64,000 nt of DNA, taken from assembly GCA_965207065.1 (NCBI GenBank), contig OZ242260.1, positions 2,641,526 through 2,705,525 on the forward strand, in the 5' to 3' direction. The DNA comes from a bacterium. GTDB taxonomy: Bacteria > UBA8248. A model generated the notes under the pieces. It did no database searches and was not told where the DNA came from. It saw only the letters and a program-made list of their open reading frames with translations. Positions 1 through 9,794 of this stretch are shown one piece after another (the first letter of the stretch is position 1; each line of letters opens with the position of its first letter). The position numbers were made by a program, and so were the translations under genes.

Positions 1-44
1 CTGACACAATTTTCATGGTCTTTTTCTTGTGAGGGTATTTAGAC

Positions 45-893
45 ATGACGCAAACCGATGGCTCCACGCTCGTTTCGACGGCGTGGCTCTCAGAAAACCT
101 GGAAAATCCGAATCTCCACGTCATCGAGGTTTCCTCGGCCAGTGACGACGCTTCCTACCGCGAAGCCCACGTACCGGGCGCGCACTGGTGGTTCTGGAAA
201 GGGGCGCTCTGGCACGAGACGGACCGCGCGTTCTCCGCGCCCGAGGCGCTGGCCGAGCAATTGGGCGGCATGGGCATAGGGCCGGATGATGAAATCGTCC
301 TGTACGGCGAGCCGGTGCAGTTCGGAACCTATGCGTTCTGGGTGCTGAAGATGGCGGGTTTTTCGAATTTGAAGCTCCTGGACGGCTCGAAGAAAAAGTG
401 GGTTGCCGACGGGATGCCCGTTTCGAGTGAGGCTCCGGTTACTGCGGCCGTCGCCCACTCCGCGCCGGATGGGGGAGAGATATTAAGTGTGGGCAGGGAC
501 GATATTCGCGAGAAGCTGGGTGCGCCGGGCAGGGTGCTGCTCGACGTGCGCTCGCCCGAGGAATACAGCGGCGAGCGGGTGATGCCGCCGCCGGGTTTCG
601 ACCACGGGGCCGAACGCGCCGGACGCATACCGGGGGCCGCGCATCTGTTCTTCCGCGAACTGCTGAACGAGGACGACACCTATAAGAGTACGGATGAACT
701 CGCGCGGATTCTCGGCGATGCGGGCGCCGCGCCCGACGATGAGATAGAACTCGTGCTTTACTGACGCCTCAGCCACCGGGCCAGTCTGGTCTGGTTCGCC
801 ATGCGGTATCTGCTGGGATACGAAGACGTGAAGATTTACGATGGCTCATGGACGGAGTGGGGGAGCATCGTCGGTTTTCCGATTGAAAAATAA
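45..893 (+). CDS. Tandem-domain rhodanese/sulfurtransferase with probable selenocysteine at the active site (282 aa with UGA read-through)
   Basis: The ORF track stops at TGA 762-764, but the frame continues as [42 protein letters not shown] to TAA 891-893. This includes the rhodanese C-terminal signature YDGSWTEW. The TGA falls on the catalytic Cys position (LY-U-RLSHR; compare YCRIGER in SseA/CysA). Confidence 0.9.
776..794 (+). promoter_or_regulatory. Putative bacterial SECIS hairpin
   Basis: CCGGGCCA-GTC-TGGTCTGG forms an 8-bp stem (two G-U pairs) with a G-led apical loop. It starts 11 nt after the UGA and its CAGTCTG apex resembles the E. coli fdhF SECIS apex. Confidence 0.7.
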
Positions 894-920
894 CGTGGTA
901 GATTGTTTCTGCAGTATGGA

Positions 921-1901
921 TTATTTTACGGGATAGCGCGGCTCCTCGCCTCGCAGGACGCGCAACACGTCGGTCGCCGCCTTTCGTCTCATGTCTTCCA
1001 GGGCGGCCGTGCTGTACCACGCGCTGTGCGGCGTGACGCGGCAGTTGGGGAGCCCGATCAGCGGGTGATTCGGCCTTGGGGGTTCTTCTTCGAGCACGTC
1101 GAGGCCCGCGCCCCGGATGGCGTTTTTCTGGAGCGCATCGGCCAGCGCCTTCTCGTCCACGAGTTCGCCGCGCGCCACGTTGATCAGAACGGCGTCCGTC
1201 TTCATGTGGTCGAGCGCTTCGGCGTTCACCATGCCGCGCGTCTCGGGCGTCAGGGGCGCGTGCAGGGAGATGTAGTCCGACTCCTCCCAAATTTGAGAAA
1301 GGGCGGCGTTTCGGGCTTCTGATTCCTCGAAAACCGATTCGGGCGCGAAGGGATCGTGCGCGATGATCCGCATCCCGAAGGCGCGCGCTTTTCCGGCCAG
1401 AGTCGCGCCGATCCTCCCGATTCCCACCACGCCCAGCGTCGCGCCCCGTAGCGGAGCTATCGGCCTCAAGGAGGCGATTCCCCAGCCGCCCTTTTTGACT
1501 TCCGCGATCCCCTGCTCCAGTTTTCTGGCGAAGTACAGGATGAGCGCCATGGCGTGGTCCGACACCTCATCGACGCAGTAATCCGGCACGTAAGTGACGT
1601 GAATCCCTTTGGCTGTTGCGGCTTCCATGTCGACGTTGTCCACACCCACGCCGCCGCGCGCGAGAATTTTGCAATGTTTCAGTTGCGCGATGACCTCGGC
1701 CGTGAAAGTAGGAATCGAGCCGATGATGACGCCCTCCGCCTCCGCGCAGAGTTCGACCAGGGATTCAGAGTCCGCCCCCATGCCCAGTCGCAAGCGGGGA
1801 CCCAGAGGCGAGAGTACCTCCTCCTCGACCATAGGGGGGCCGAAGCGCGTTCCGGCGACGGCGATGAGCGGGCCGTCTGTTGCGGGCGGGCTTAAGACCA
1901 T
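921..1901 (-). CDS. D-isomer-specific 2-hydroxyacid dehydrogenase (SerA/CtBP-like)
   Basis: GVGVDNVD, GIGRIG Rossmann motif, LINVARGELVDE, TPHSAWYS. Start set to MVLSPP at 1901. Confidence 0.9.
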   Translation of the reverse strand: MVLSPPATDGPLIAVAGTRFGPPMVEEEVLSPLGPRLRLGMGADSESLVELCAEAEGVIIGSIPTFTAEVIAQLKHCKILARGGVGVDNVDMEAATAKGIHVTYVPDYCVDEVSDHAMALILYFARKLEQGIAEVKKGGWGIASLRPIAPLRGATLGVVGIGRIGATLAGKARAFGMRIIAHDPFAPESVFEESEARNAALSQIWEESDYISLHAPLTPETRGMVNAEALDHMKTDAVLINVARGELVDEKALADALQKNAIRGAGLDVLEEEPPRPNHPLIGLPNCRVTPHSAWYSTAALEDMRRKAATDVLRVLRGEEPRYPVK

Positions 1902-1963
1902 GGCTTCCTCAGGGTGCTCCCGTTGCCGGAAGGTGAGGTGTATGAAAATGCGCCTGTGCGCAA

Positions 1964-1998
1964 TAAAAAACACCGCGGCCCGATGACCGCGGTGTTTG
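1964..1998 (-). terminator. Intrinsic terminator after the ferredoxin gene
   Basis: Minus strand AAACACCGCGG-loop-CCGCGGTGTTTTTT, directly after the fdx stop. Confidence 0.75.
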
Positions 1999-2014
1999 AA
2001 TCAGCAGGATGGAG

Positions 2015-2326
2015 CTAGCGCAGCGTGTTGTCTGCTCTTCGCGGCGGGTCGTTCGCCGGGCGCGGCTCGACCGGCTCGTTGTTCTTGAATTCATCGGTGA
2101 GTTCCGCGTTGATTTCCGCCCATACGGGATCGTCGTCTTCGCTCTCCAGGATGGCGTCAATCGGGCATTCCGGCTGACAAACGCCGCAGTCGATACATTC
2201 CTCGGGGTCGATGATCAGGAAGGGTTCCCCCTTGTACTCGCCTGGGTGCATGCAGTCCACGGGACACACGCTCACGCACGTCGCATAGCGCTCGCCCAGG
2301 CATTTTTCCCCGATGACAAATGTCAT
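2015..2326 (-). CDS. fdxA: 7Fe/8Fe ferredoxin (FdxA-like)
   Basis: C..CVSVCPVDC and CIDCGVCQPECP cluster motifs. Confidence 0.88.
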   Translation of the reverse strand: MTFVIGEKCLGERYATCVSVCPVDCMHPGEYKGEPFLIIDPEECIDCGVCQPECPIDAILESEDDDPVWAEINAELTDEFKNNEPVEPRPANDPPRRADNTLR

Positions 2327-2523
2327 GGATGATTCCCTCCTACAAAGATTTAAGATTTTTCCGGTTGGAATCCCGAGGGAACGACCCTTGGCGATTCGCG
2401 GTTATTAGATTCAAATTCACCTGGATACCCCAAGCGCAGTGCGATGCTAGCAGATGCCGCTCCCGAAAATCAAGGGTAGAGAAGCACAAAATCCGGATTC
2501 TTTTACCTGTTGGCGGGATTTAT

Positions 2524-3429
2524 TCAAGTTCCCGGTTTCGGCGAAGAGTCAAAGATATTTTCGAGTGCGTGGAGCATGGCTTCGACCGATTCGGGGGGCA
2601 CGCCACCGAGTTCTTCGTGAAAATCGAACCCCTGGAGCCATCGGAACTTCTCGAGCGAGGCGGCGCTGATGCGCGAGTCCACGCCCAGTGTTTCGAGGGT
2701 AGAGACGACGTCCTCCATCTCCTGCGCGCGCCTCTCTGCTACGATGAGGCTCGTGCCCGCGAGGCTCAGCGCCAGGTCTCTGAGAGGAAGGCCCTCCACG
2801 GTGCCCGCGATGGACTCGAGCATTTCCTCCACCAGCCCGCAGCGCCTCGCCGCCTCGATGGCTTCCAGAAAAGTCATCATTAGCCCCTTGGTGAACACGC
2901 TGCGCACGACCTTGAGGGCCGAGGCGTCTCCCACGCGCTCGCTGAGCACCTGAAGCTGCATCCCGTAGCGCGCCATGGACTCGCTCAGGCGCCTGGCCTC
3001 GGGCCCCGAGATGAGAGTGACGACCTCGTGACCGTATACTTCCGCCGGGTCGCATATCGCCCCGTCAACAGGTTGGCCTCCACCCGCCTCGATGACGCGG
3101 CCAATCTCCTTCTTGGTATCGGGCGTCGTGGTGTTCAAATCCAGATACACGGCATCCCGGACGAAAGAAGAGGCGCTGCGCGCCGTATCCAGCGCGCTTT
3201 CCGGCGTGACGAGCGAGAGAACGAAGTCCGAGCCGTCGAGCGCTTCTTCCATGGACTGCGTCATCAATATTGCCGGATGAGCGGAGGCGTCAAGGTGTTC
3301 CGGTCGCCAGGGTGCTCTTTTCCAGACGTGAACTTTCGCCGCGCCGGCCCCCGCCAGCCCCCGGGCGATGGGCCTGCCCGCCATGCCGAATCCCAGAACG
3401 CAGACGGTGGGAGGATTTTCCAGGTTCAA
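2524..3429 (-). CDS. NAD(P)-dependent oxidoreductase, 3-hydroxyisobutyrate/6PGDH family with DUF1932-type C-terminus
   Basis: GFGMAG Rossmann motif; GDASALKVVRSVFTKG. Confidence 0.8.
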   Translation of the reverse strand: MNLENPPTVCVLGFGMAGRPIARGLAGAGAAKVHVWKRAPWRPEHLDASAHPAILMTQSMEEALDGSDFVLSLVTPESALDTARSASSFVRDAVYLDLNTTTPDTKKEIGRVIEAGGGQPVDGAICDPAEVYGHEVVTLISGPEARRLSESMARYGMQLQVLSERVGDASALKVVRSVFTKGLMMTFLEAIEAARRCGLVEEMLESIAGTVEGLPLRDLALSLAGTSLIVAERRAQEMEDVVSTLETLGVDSRISAASLEKFRWLQGFDFHEELGGVPPESVEAMLHALENIFDSSPKPGT

Positions 3430-3696
3430 AAGGCTTCTCCGTACGACTTCATGTGGGTGTATGATTCCCGATCATATTCCACGCAAATGAGAGATTATGA
3501 AATGATTATAAATTATGGTGGCGTACGGCTCTAGCGCGTCCGGTATTATTCGGTTGGCTTTTTAGCATGATAACACGAGAAACGGATTTGGGGTGTGGCG
3601 TACGGTCGGGGGGGTTGGTGTTGAAGCCGAGTGGGGTGTCCCACCTACCCTCTAAAAGGGGACTTTTTCATCGGGCATTCCCCTTGGGATGCCCGA

Positions 3697-3752
3697 CCCC
3701 TCAAGGGGGGAATGGTTTTAAAATACTCCTTGATGGAGAGATATATCCGTAG
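3697..3752. repeat. Partial copy of the CCCCTCAAGGGGG repeat family with its AT-rich flank
   Basis: The reverse complement closely matches 52259-52312 (CTACG..ATATCTCTCCATCAAGGAG..TTT.AAA.CCA.TCCCCCCTTGAGG). Confidence 0.7.
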
Positions 3753-3791
3753 AGGTTTTATTCCGGTTTTTTCACCTACCCCGTACAGGTT

Positions 3792-4256
3792 CTAGTTCGT
3801 CACCTTCAGCCTGTAGTCGGGCGTCGGGTTCAGCGGGCATGAAAAATGATAGTCGCCCTCTTTGAGCGTGATGTGGTAGTCCCTCGATTTCCCCTTGACG
3901 AGGCCGCCTCCCGAGACCTTCGGCAGCGTGGGGCGTCCGACCCCTGCGCCTCTGAGATAAAACCCGAGCTGATACGGCACGTTCTTGTTCTTCACCCGGA
4001 AAATGTAGGCGCCTGGTTTCAGCGTGATGGTCCTGGCATTGGCGAGGCGCTTTTCCCCGCTTTGGGAGTTGATTTTCTTGCAATCGGCCGCCCCCATGGT
4101 CTTGTAGCCATGATCCTTGCCCTCGGGTTCGGTGAACTGGCAGCCCGTCTGGGTGAGGGTGATGACGGTCGGCTCGGCGGCGTTCACGGAAGACGGTGCG
4201 AGGGGAAGCAAAGATGCCGCAAGGAGGGTCAGGAGCATTCTGTGGACGTTTTCCAT
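3792..4256 (-). CDS. Secreted cupredoxin-fold-like protein
   Basis: N-terminal signal peptide (LLAASLLPLAPSSVNA), LKPGAYIFRVKN, C-terminal GDYHFSCPLNPTPDY. Confidence 0.6.
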   Translation of the reverse strand: MENVHRMLLTLLAASLLPLAPSSVNAAEPTVITLTQTGCQFTEPEGKDHGYKTMGAADCKKINSQSGEKRLANARTITLKPGAYIFRVKNKNVPYQLGFYLRGAGVGRPTLPKVSGGGLVKGKSRDYHITLKEGDYHFSCPLNPTPDYRLKVTN

Positions 4257-4415
4257 GGCCTTGTTCCTTTTTCGGGTGTGTTTTCGACTCTTCCCGGATT
4301 TGGATGATTATGGATTCATGAGCCGGCGGCTGATATAGATGATCGGTGTGACCCCTTACTCAAACCCGCTCCGAGGATCATACCAAAATGATGCGGTGAA
4401 TTCCTCAAAAAACTC

Positions 4416-4431
4416 TGAACAAATCGTGAAC
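4416..4431 (-). promoter_or_regulatory. Candidate OmpR-family direct-repeat operator upstream of the cupredoxin-like gene
   Basis: TGAAC-N6-TGAAC (11-bp period) lies between the kinase stop and the cupredoxin-like gene. Confidence 0.3.
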
Positions 4432-4438
4432 GAAGTGA

Positions 4439-5503
4439 TCAGGCGGTGAGGCTGAACCAGACGTGGATTACGCCGTCGTCATACGATGCGCCCACTTCGC
4501 CTCCATGCGCCTCGACGAGAGCCTTCACTATCGCCAGCCCGATGCCCGCCCCCCCGCTTTCACGCGAACGCGAATTTTCCGCACGGTAGAACCGCTCGAA
4601 GATGAGGCCCACGTCTTCCTTTTGGAAGTCTTTGCAGGTATTTGAAAAAATGAGCTTCACCCCGTCCTTGTGCTTCTCCGTTCGTACACGGAATTCCCCA
4701 TGCCCGGGTGTGTACCGGCACGCGTTCTGAACGATGTTTCCCAGAACCTGGATGATTTTGTCGCGGTCCGCCTGCACGGCGGGTACGTCACCGCCGATAT
4801 CCAATTTCACCCTGATACTCTTGGCTTCGAAATCGTGCCGGTAGAGTTCGATGACGCGCTCGACCAGAGTGGGCAACGCAATTTCTTCCCGCCGGAGATA
4901 TATCTTCGCGGCCTCGGCCCGGGTGAGTTGTTGAAGGTCCTGGGCCAGGCGCACGAGGCGCAAAATTTCCTCCTTCAACATGGAGAACATTTCCTTGGAG
5001 GGCGGGATGACGCCATCGGACAGTCCTTCGAGATAGCCGCGCACCGTGGTGAGCGGGGTCCTCAGCTCATGGGCGATATCCACGAGCATGGTTTTTCTTA
5101 AGTTTTCGATCTTCTCCAGATTGTCGGCCATCTGGTTGAACATCAGACCGAACTGGCCGACCTCGTCTTTTGAAGAGACCTCCGCGCGCGCGGTGAAGTC
5201 GCCCAGCGATACTTTTCTGGATACTTCCGACATTGCGTAGAGCGGGCGCAGCACCCTCCGGGTAAGGATGAAACTCAAGGTGACGGCCATGATCATGGCG
5301 AGCAGGCTCGCGTTGATGATGTAGCGATGCACGGCGTCCAGGAACATCTGGTGTATTTCATTGGGCGAGATGTTGTAATTGCGCATCAGGGCGGCGAAAT
5401 AATCGGCGGCGAGGAAATCGATTGACAGCCAGACAACCAGAATGACCAGAACGATGACCGGCAGGTTGACGGCGAGCAGTTTCCAAAGCAACCGGCTTTT
5501 CAT
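4439..5503 (-). CDS. Sensor histidine kinase (BaeS/CusS-like, HAMP-HisKA-HATPase)
   Basis: AHELRTPLT H-box, GGAGIGLAIV G2 box, two TM segments; AAGGAGG RBS before ATG 5503. Confidence 0.92.
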   Translation of the reverse strand: MKSRLLWKLLAVNLPVIVLVILVVWLSIDFLAADYFAALMRNYNISPNEIHQMFLDAVHRYIINASLLAMIMAVTLSFILTRRVLRPLYAMSEVSRKVSLGDFTARAEVSSKDEVGQFGLMFNQMADNLEKIENLRKTMLVDIAHELRTPLTTVRGYLEGLSDGVIPPSKEMFSMLKEEILRLVRLAQDLQQLTRAEAAKIYLRREEIALPTLVERVIELYRHDFEAKSIRVKLDIGGDVPAVQADRDKIIQVLGNIVQNACRYTPGHGEFRVRTEKHKDGVKLIFSNTCKDFQKEDVGLIFERFYRAENSRSRESGGAGIGLAIVKALVEAHGGEVGASYDDGVIHVWFSLTA

Positions 5504-5504
5504 G

Positions 5505-6215
5505 CTAGCTACCTCCTTGTTCTTCACTGTCAGCAAATCGATACCCCACGCCGCGCACTGTAAGGATAAGATGGGGGTTGGCGGGGTTACACTCGATTTT
5601 TTGACGGAGCTTTCCGATGTGGACGTCCACCACCCGGGCGACGACGGCGTCCGATGTTTGGTAGAGCCTGGTGAGCAGTTCGTGGCGGGAAAAAACGCGA
5701 CCGGGCGCGCTCATGAGCGTCAGGAGCAGTACATATTCCGAGGGAGTGAGCGGTATGGGTTCGCCGTTTCGGGTGAGTTTGTGTTTTTCGGGCTCCATGA
5801 GAAGGTTGCCGAAAAAAAGTTTGGTTTTTCTGAGCATGGACGCGTTTTTCGTACGCCTGAGGATGGCCTTGATGCGCTCGACGAGTTCTCTCGGGCTGAA
5901 GGGTTTGACTACGTAATCATCCGCGCCGAGCGAGAAGCCGAAAAGCCTGTCGACCTCTCCTTCCTTGGCGGTGAGCATCAGAATGGGTACGTCGGATTCC
6001 TCCCGGAGCTGCCGGCAGACCTCCCACCCGCTCGTTTTCGGGAGCATCAGATCGAGCACGACGAAAACGGGCGCCCACTCGCGCGCCAGTTGCAGGGCCC
6101 GCTCCCCGTCATGAGCAATGATGGTGTGGAAACCTTCCCGGCGTATAGACTTGTCGATGAGCGATGCGATGTTCTTCTCATCCTCGACGATGAGAATGGA
6201 ATCTTTTTGAATCAC
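5505..6215 (-). CDS. OmpR-family response regulator
   Basis: ILIVEDE, LDLMLP, ADDYVVKPFSPREL, LTVRGVGYRF. Confidence 0.95.
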   Translation of the reverse strand: MIQKDSILIVEDEKNIASLIDKSIRREGFHTIIAHDGERALQLAREWAPVFVVLDLMLPKTSGWEVCRQLREESDVPILMLTAKEGEVDRLFGFSLGADDYVVKPFSPRELVERIKAILRRTKNASMLRKTKLFFGNLLMEPEKHKLTRNGEPIPLTPSEYVLLLTLMSAPGRVFSRHELLTRLYQTSDAVVARVVDVHIGKLRQKIECNPANPHLILTVRGVGYRFADSEEQGGS

Positions 6216-6393
6216 GCTATTGCTTCTCCCGCCTGAAAACCTGTTGATATGGTATCAACGAAGGCGGCGATGTAACGTTAAGATTTTGTAAGGAATTTAT
6301 TGAGGGAGTCAAGAAAAAAATCGAGACGAGGCGAGCAGAGGCGTAGCAACCCCCTTATACGTCATCCATCGGGGTGTGCTGCGCGAATGCTGT

Positions 6394-7284
6394 TTATTCT
6401 TCGAGGCCCATGAGCCGGGCGGGATTACGCTGCACCATCCAGCGAATCTCCTCGTCCTCGAACCCCAGGCGCAGCATCGTGGCGATGAACATGCGAAGCA
6501 TCTCCGTCGGCGGGGGATTGAGGTCGAGTTGCGCGTCGGTGCTCATCACGCATCGCTCGGGGCCGAGCGCGCGCGCGGTTTCGGCGACTTTCACCGGATC
6601 CAGGTCGCGCCACATGGGAAAAGCCGATATCCACGTGAATTCGACGATATAGCCCAAATCCGCCACCTCGCGCAGTTGGGCCTCGCTCGCGTTGACGATG
6701 AAGATGATCGGATGGGTGAAGATGAATTTTTTCACCCCGATCTCCTTCGCGCGCCTCGCCAGGGCGACGCCCTCCTTCGCGGAGAGATGTCCCGTGGCCA
6801 CGGCCACGTCCCCGTCGCGGGCGATTTCGAGTATGGCGTCCGCCTCGGGGCATACCGCGCCGTTTCCGTCGAGAATCGTCAGGCCCTGCGCAGGCGGGGG
6901 CTGGCTATAGGCCTCCGCGATGCGTTTGCTGTAGGCGCCCACCGCGATATCGTTCGCCGCGGAGTAGGTGGGCATCCAGATGACCTTCACGCCCAGGCGC
7001 ACCGCGCTTTCCGCCGCGAAGGGCGAAAGCCCGCCCACGTTGGCGTTCAGGGTGATGGCGCCGAAGGCCGTGACGCCCGGATAGACCTCGTTCAGAATCC
7101 GGGCCTGGGCGATGGTGGGCCACAGGTGGCTCTTCATCACGAAGCCGCGCATGCCGACGTCGCGCGCGAGTTCGGCCCATTCATGGTCCAGCACGCGCCC
7201 GGGTTCCTCTACGAATACCTGGGGGAAGATGTGGGCGTGAACGTCGATAGCGCCTTCGAGGAGATCGTCCGCCTTGGTGCGCAT
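6394..7284 (-). CDS. DUF6282-type amidohydrolase-like protein
   Basis: AIDVHAH, FVMKSH, ATGHLS, FTHP, MSTDAQ. Start set to MRTKADD. Confidence 0.7.
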   Translation of the reverse strand: MRTKADDLLEGAIDVHAHIFPQVFVEEPGRVLDHEWAELARDVGMRGFVMKSHLWPTIAQARILNEVYPGVTAFGAITLNANVGGLSPFAAESAVRLGVKVIWMPTYSAANDIAVGAYSKRIAEAYSQPPPAQGLTILDGNGAVCPEADAILEIARDGDVAVATGHLSAKEGVALARRAKEIGVKKFIFTHPIIFIVNASEAQLREVADLGYIVEFTWISAFPMWRDLDPVKVAETARALGPERCVMSTDAQLDLNPPPTEMLRMFIATMLRLGFEDEEIRWMVQRNPARLMGLEE

Positions 7285-7454
7285 GAGGAAAAACCCTCCG
7301 GATGCAAGAAAAAAATCGCCTGAGATCAGGAAAATCAATCATGCGCCATGAGGGGGCGGCGGGCAAGCCGGTTCCCGCCGCATCATTCAGGTGATATTCT
7401 TTCCAAAATGTTCTCACGGTGAAAAAGACGGTCTACCCTGGAGGAAGGTTTCCC

Positions 7455-8585
7455 ATGCCCCCCACCCAGAGCATCGGAACGCCGGTGCGTGAAATCGAAA
7501 CGCCCGCCCTGATAGTCGACCTCGACGTCATGGAGGAGAACCTCGCCCTGATGGCGAAGCGCCTGGAAGGCACGGGCGTGAGGCTCCGCGCCCACGCCAA
7601 GACGCACAAGAGTCCCTGGCTCGCAAGAAAGCAGATGGCGCTTGGCGCGGTGGGGGTGTGCTGCCAGAAGGTGAGCGAGGCCGAGGTGATGGTGGAAGGC
7701 GGGGTGGAGAACGTGCTCGTGAGCAGCGAGGTCACGGCCGTTTCCAAGCTCAAGCGTCTGGCCGCGCTCGCACGCCATACGAAGCTGATGGTGGTGGTGG
7801 ATCACCCTCAGGGGGTGGCGATGCTCGCAGAAGCCGTTACTGCGGCGGGGGCGGAAATCGGCGTGCTCGTCGACGTGGACGTGGGCCAGGGGCGCTGCGG
7901 CGTGGCGCCGGGCTCCCCGGCGGTGGAACTGGCCCGGCGCGTGGACGCGGCGAAGGGACTCGAATTCAAGGGGATTCAGGCATACCAGGGCGGAGCCCAG
8001 CACGTAGATGGATTCACCGAGCGGCGCGCGATTTACGCAGACGCCATAGCGCGGATGCGCGAGACCGTGGAGGCGTTCGGGGCCGCGGGGCTTCCACTGG
8101 AGATACGTAGCGGCGGCGGCACGGGTTCATGGCGCTGGGACGCGGAATCGGGCGTGCTGAACGAGCTTCAGGCGGGCAGCTATCTCTTCATGGATTCACA
8201 CTACGGCAGCATCGGCGGCGAGAATTCGGACACTTATGACGACTTCAGGCCCAGCCTGTTCGTGCTGACGACCGTGGTGAGCGCCCCCGGCCCCGGACAC
8301 GTGGTGATGGACGCCGGCCACAAGGCGCTTTCTTCCGACAGCGGGCTGGCGCCCTGCCTGGAACTCGAGGGCGCCGTGCACGCGCGGGCGTCCGATGAGC
8401 ACGGCGTGCTGGAACTCTCCCCGGCCTCGAGGCGTCCCGAAATCGGCGAGACGCTCCTGTTCCAGCCCAGCCACTGCGACCCGACCATCAACCTCTACGA
8501 CGTCTACCACGGCGTCCGCGGCGGTATGGAAGAGGGCGTCCTCGAAGCCGTGATCCCCGTGGCCGCGCGCGGCTGCGTCTGGTAG
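7455..8585 (+). CDS. DSD1/D-threonine aldolase-family PLP-dependent enzyme
   Basis: ETPALIVDLD, RAHAKTHKS (PLP Lys), SGGGTG, ELQAGSY, SDEHG, PSHCDPTINL. Confidence 0.9.
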   Translation: MPPTQSIGTPVREIETPALIVDLDVMEENLALMAKRLEGTGVRLRAHAKTHKSPWLARKQMALGAVGVCCQKVSEAEVMVEGGVENVLVSSEVTAVSKLKRLAALARHTKLMVVVDHPQGVAMLAEAVTAAGAEIGVLVDVDVGQGRCGVAPGSPAVELARRVDAAKGLEFKGIQAYQGGAQHVDGFTERRAIYADAIARMRETVEAFGAAGLPLEIRSGGGTGSWRWDAESGVLNELQAGSYLFMDSHYGSIGGENSDTYDDFRPSLFVLTTVVSAPGPGHVVMDAGHKALSSDSGLAPCLELEGAVHARASDEHGVLELSPASRRPEIGETLLFQPSHCDPTINLYDVYHGVRGGMEEGVLEAVIPVAARGCVW

Positions 8586-8606
8586 TTCAGCCCCGACCGA
8601 TGGGAT

Positions 8607-8774
8607 CTGTTGAAAAAATCCTCCTCGGTCGAAATTGACCACCGCCGGAATGACGATGCCTTTGCTCGGTTGATAAACAAGAATGTAGCGGACAGGCCCC
8701 TGTGCCTGTCCGAGGTCGCGACCTGTCCCTACGGAGCCCAGCTTCCCTTGTCAGGGGGGCTTTTTCAACAACCC
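8607..8774. mobile_element. MITE-like element with TGTTGAAAAA ends enclosing REP-type palindromes
   Basis: CTGTTGAAAAAA at 8607 and TTTTTCAACAACCC at 8761-8774. Inside are a GTAG...CCTAC palindrome and CCCTTGTCAGGGGGG. No clear TSD. Confidence 0.55.
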
Positions 8775-8811
8775 CGGGAAGATTGGATGCGGTCCCTACA
8801 AGACCGTACCC

Positions 8812-9336
8812 CTATGCCGGTTTTCCGAACGTGGCGACCCTGTCCACGCGGCACTCGAAGAGCACGCGCTTCTCGTCAATCACTGGGTCCCTGAGCGCGT
8901 AGGGCGGATCCGCGCCCGTGTATTTCGTCCAGATGCGGTCGAGCTGTTCGGTCGCCCGCTCGCCGCCCGGCGCGTCCTCTCGTATCTCGTTCACCACCGT
9001 GCACTTGATGCTCATCCAGTGGTAGGGGTTTTCGGGGTTCACGAGCAGGATCGTCAACTGTGGGTTGTTTCGTATCCATCCGCATTTTGCGCGATGTGCG
9101 GCGGTGTTCACCAGAATCGTGTCGCCCTCGTAGTCGAACCACATGGGCGTCATGTTCACGCGCCCGTCGGGGCCGATGAGGCCCAGCGTGACCGTAATCG
9201 GCTTATCGAGCAAATCTCTGTAAATCGGGTCCAGATCCGCCAGACCGCTTGCCTTCTTCCTCTCGCCGACTGCGAACTGGCCCTCTTGCAGACCCCCGGA
9301 TACGTCCCTGAAATTGGCTACGGTGAATTCCGCCAT
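8812..9336 (-). CDS. Pyridoxamine 5'-phosphate oxidase-like (PPOX/F420-dependent class) protein
   Basis: GRVNMTPMWFDYEGDTILVNT, KCGWIRNNPQLTILL. Confidence 0.75.
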   Translation of the reverse strand: MAEFTVANFRDVSGGLQEGQFAVGERKKASGLADLDPIYRDLLDKPITVTLGLIGPDGRVNMTPMWFDYEGDTILVNTAAHRAKCGWIRNNPQLTILLVNPENPYHWMSIKCTVVNEIREDAPGGERATEQLDRIWTKYTGADPPYALRDPVIDEKRVLFECRVDRVATFGKPA

Positions 9337-9536
9337 CGCTCACGTCCTCCTGAAAAGAATGGTTGGGTTTTTCAAAAAATTAGCAGAGGGGAGGCGACCC
9401 GGCAAGGGGAGGGACTCGTCTAACGACTTTCTCGGATCTCGCGCAATCTCCGTCCCCGTCGCCATGTCTTTGCATATAATGGAGGTTTTATGTAGGGTAG
9501 AAGGTAAGAATTCCTTTCTACCTTCGGGAGGCGGCG

Positions 9537-9794
9537 ATGGGTCTTAACATCAAGAATGACGAAACCTGCCGGCTCGCCGGGGAGTTGGCCCGACTGACCG
9601 GCGAGACAAAGACCGGCGCAATTACGGTCGCCCTGCGAGAACGTCTCGAACGCGAGAAACGTCTGCGCGGCGCAGACGTTCGCGCTCAAAAACTGCGCGC
9701 CATCGCGGAACGCTGTGCGAAGCTTCTGGGTCCGGGGCCGTCCGCCGTGGAGCACGGAGATATGCTCTACGATGAACGGGGATTGCCGAAATGA
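9537..9794 (+). CDS. vapB: VapB-type antitoxin
   Basis: MGLNIKNDETCRLAGELARLTGETKTGAITVALRERL; its TGA overlaps the PIN toxin ATG. Confidence 0.88.
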   Translation: MGLNIKNDETCRLAGELARLTGETKTGAITVALRERLEREKRLRGADVRAQKLRAIAERCAKLLGPGPSAVEHGDMLYDERGLPK

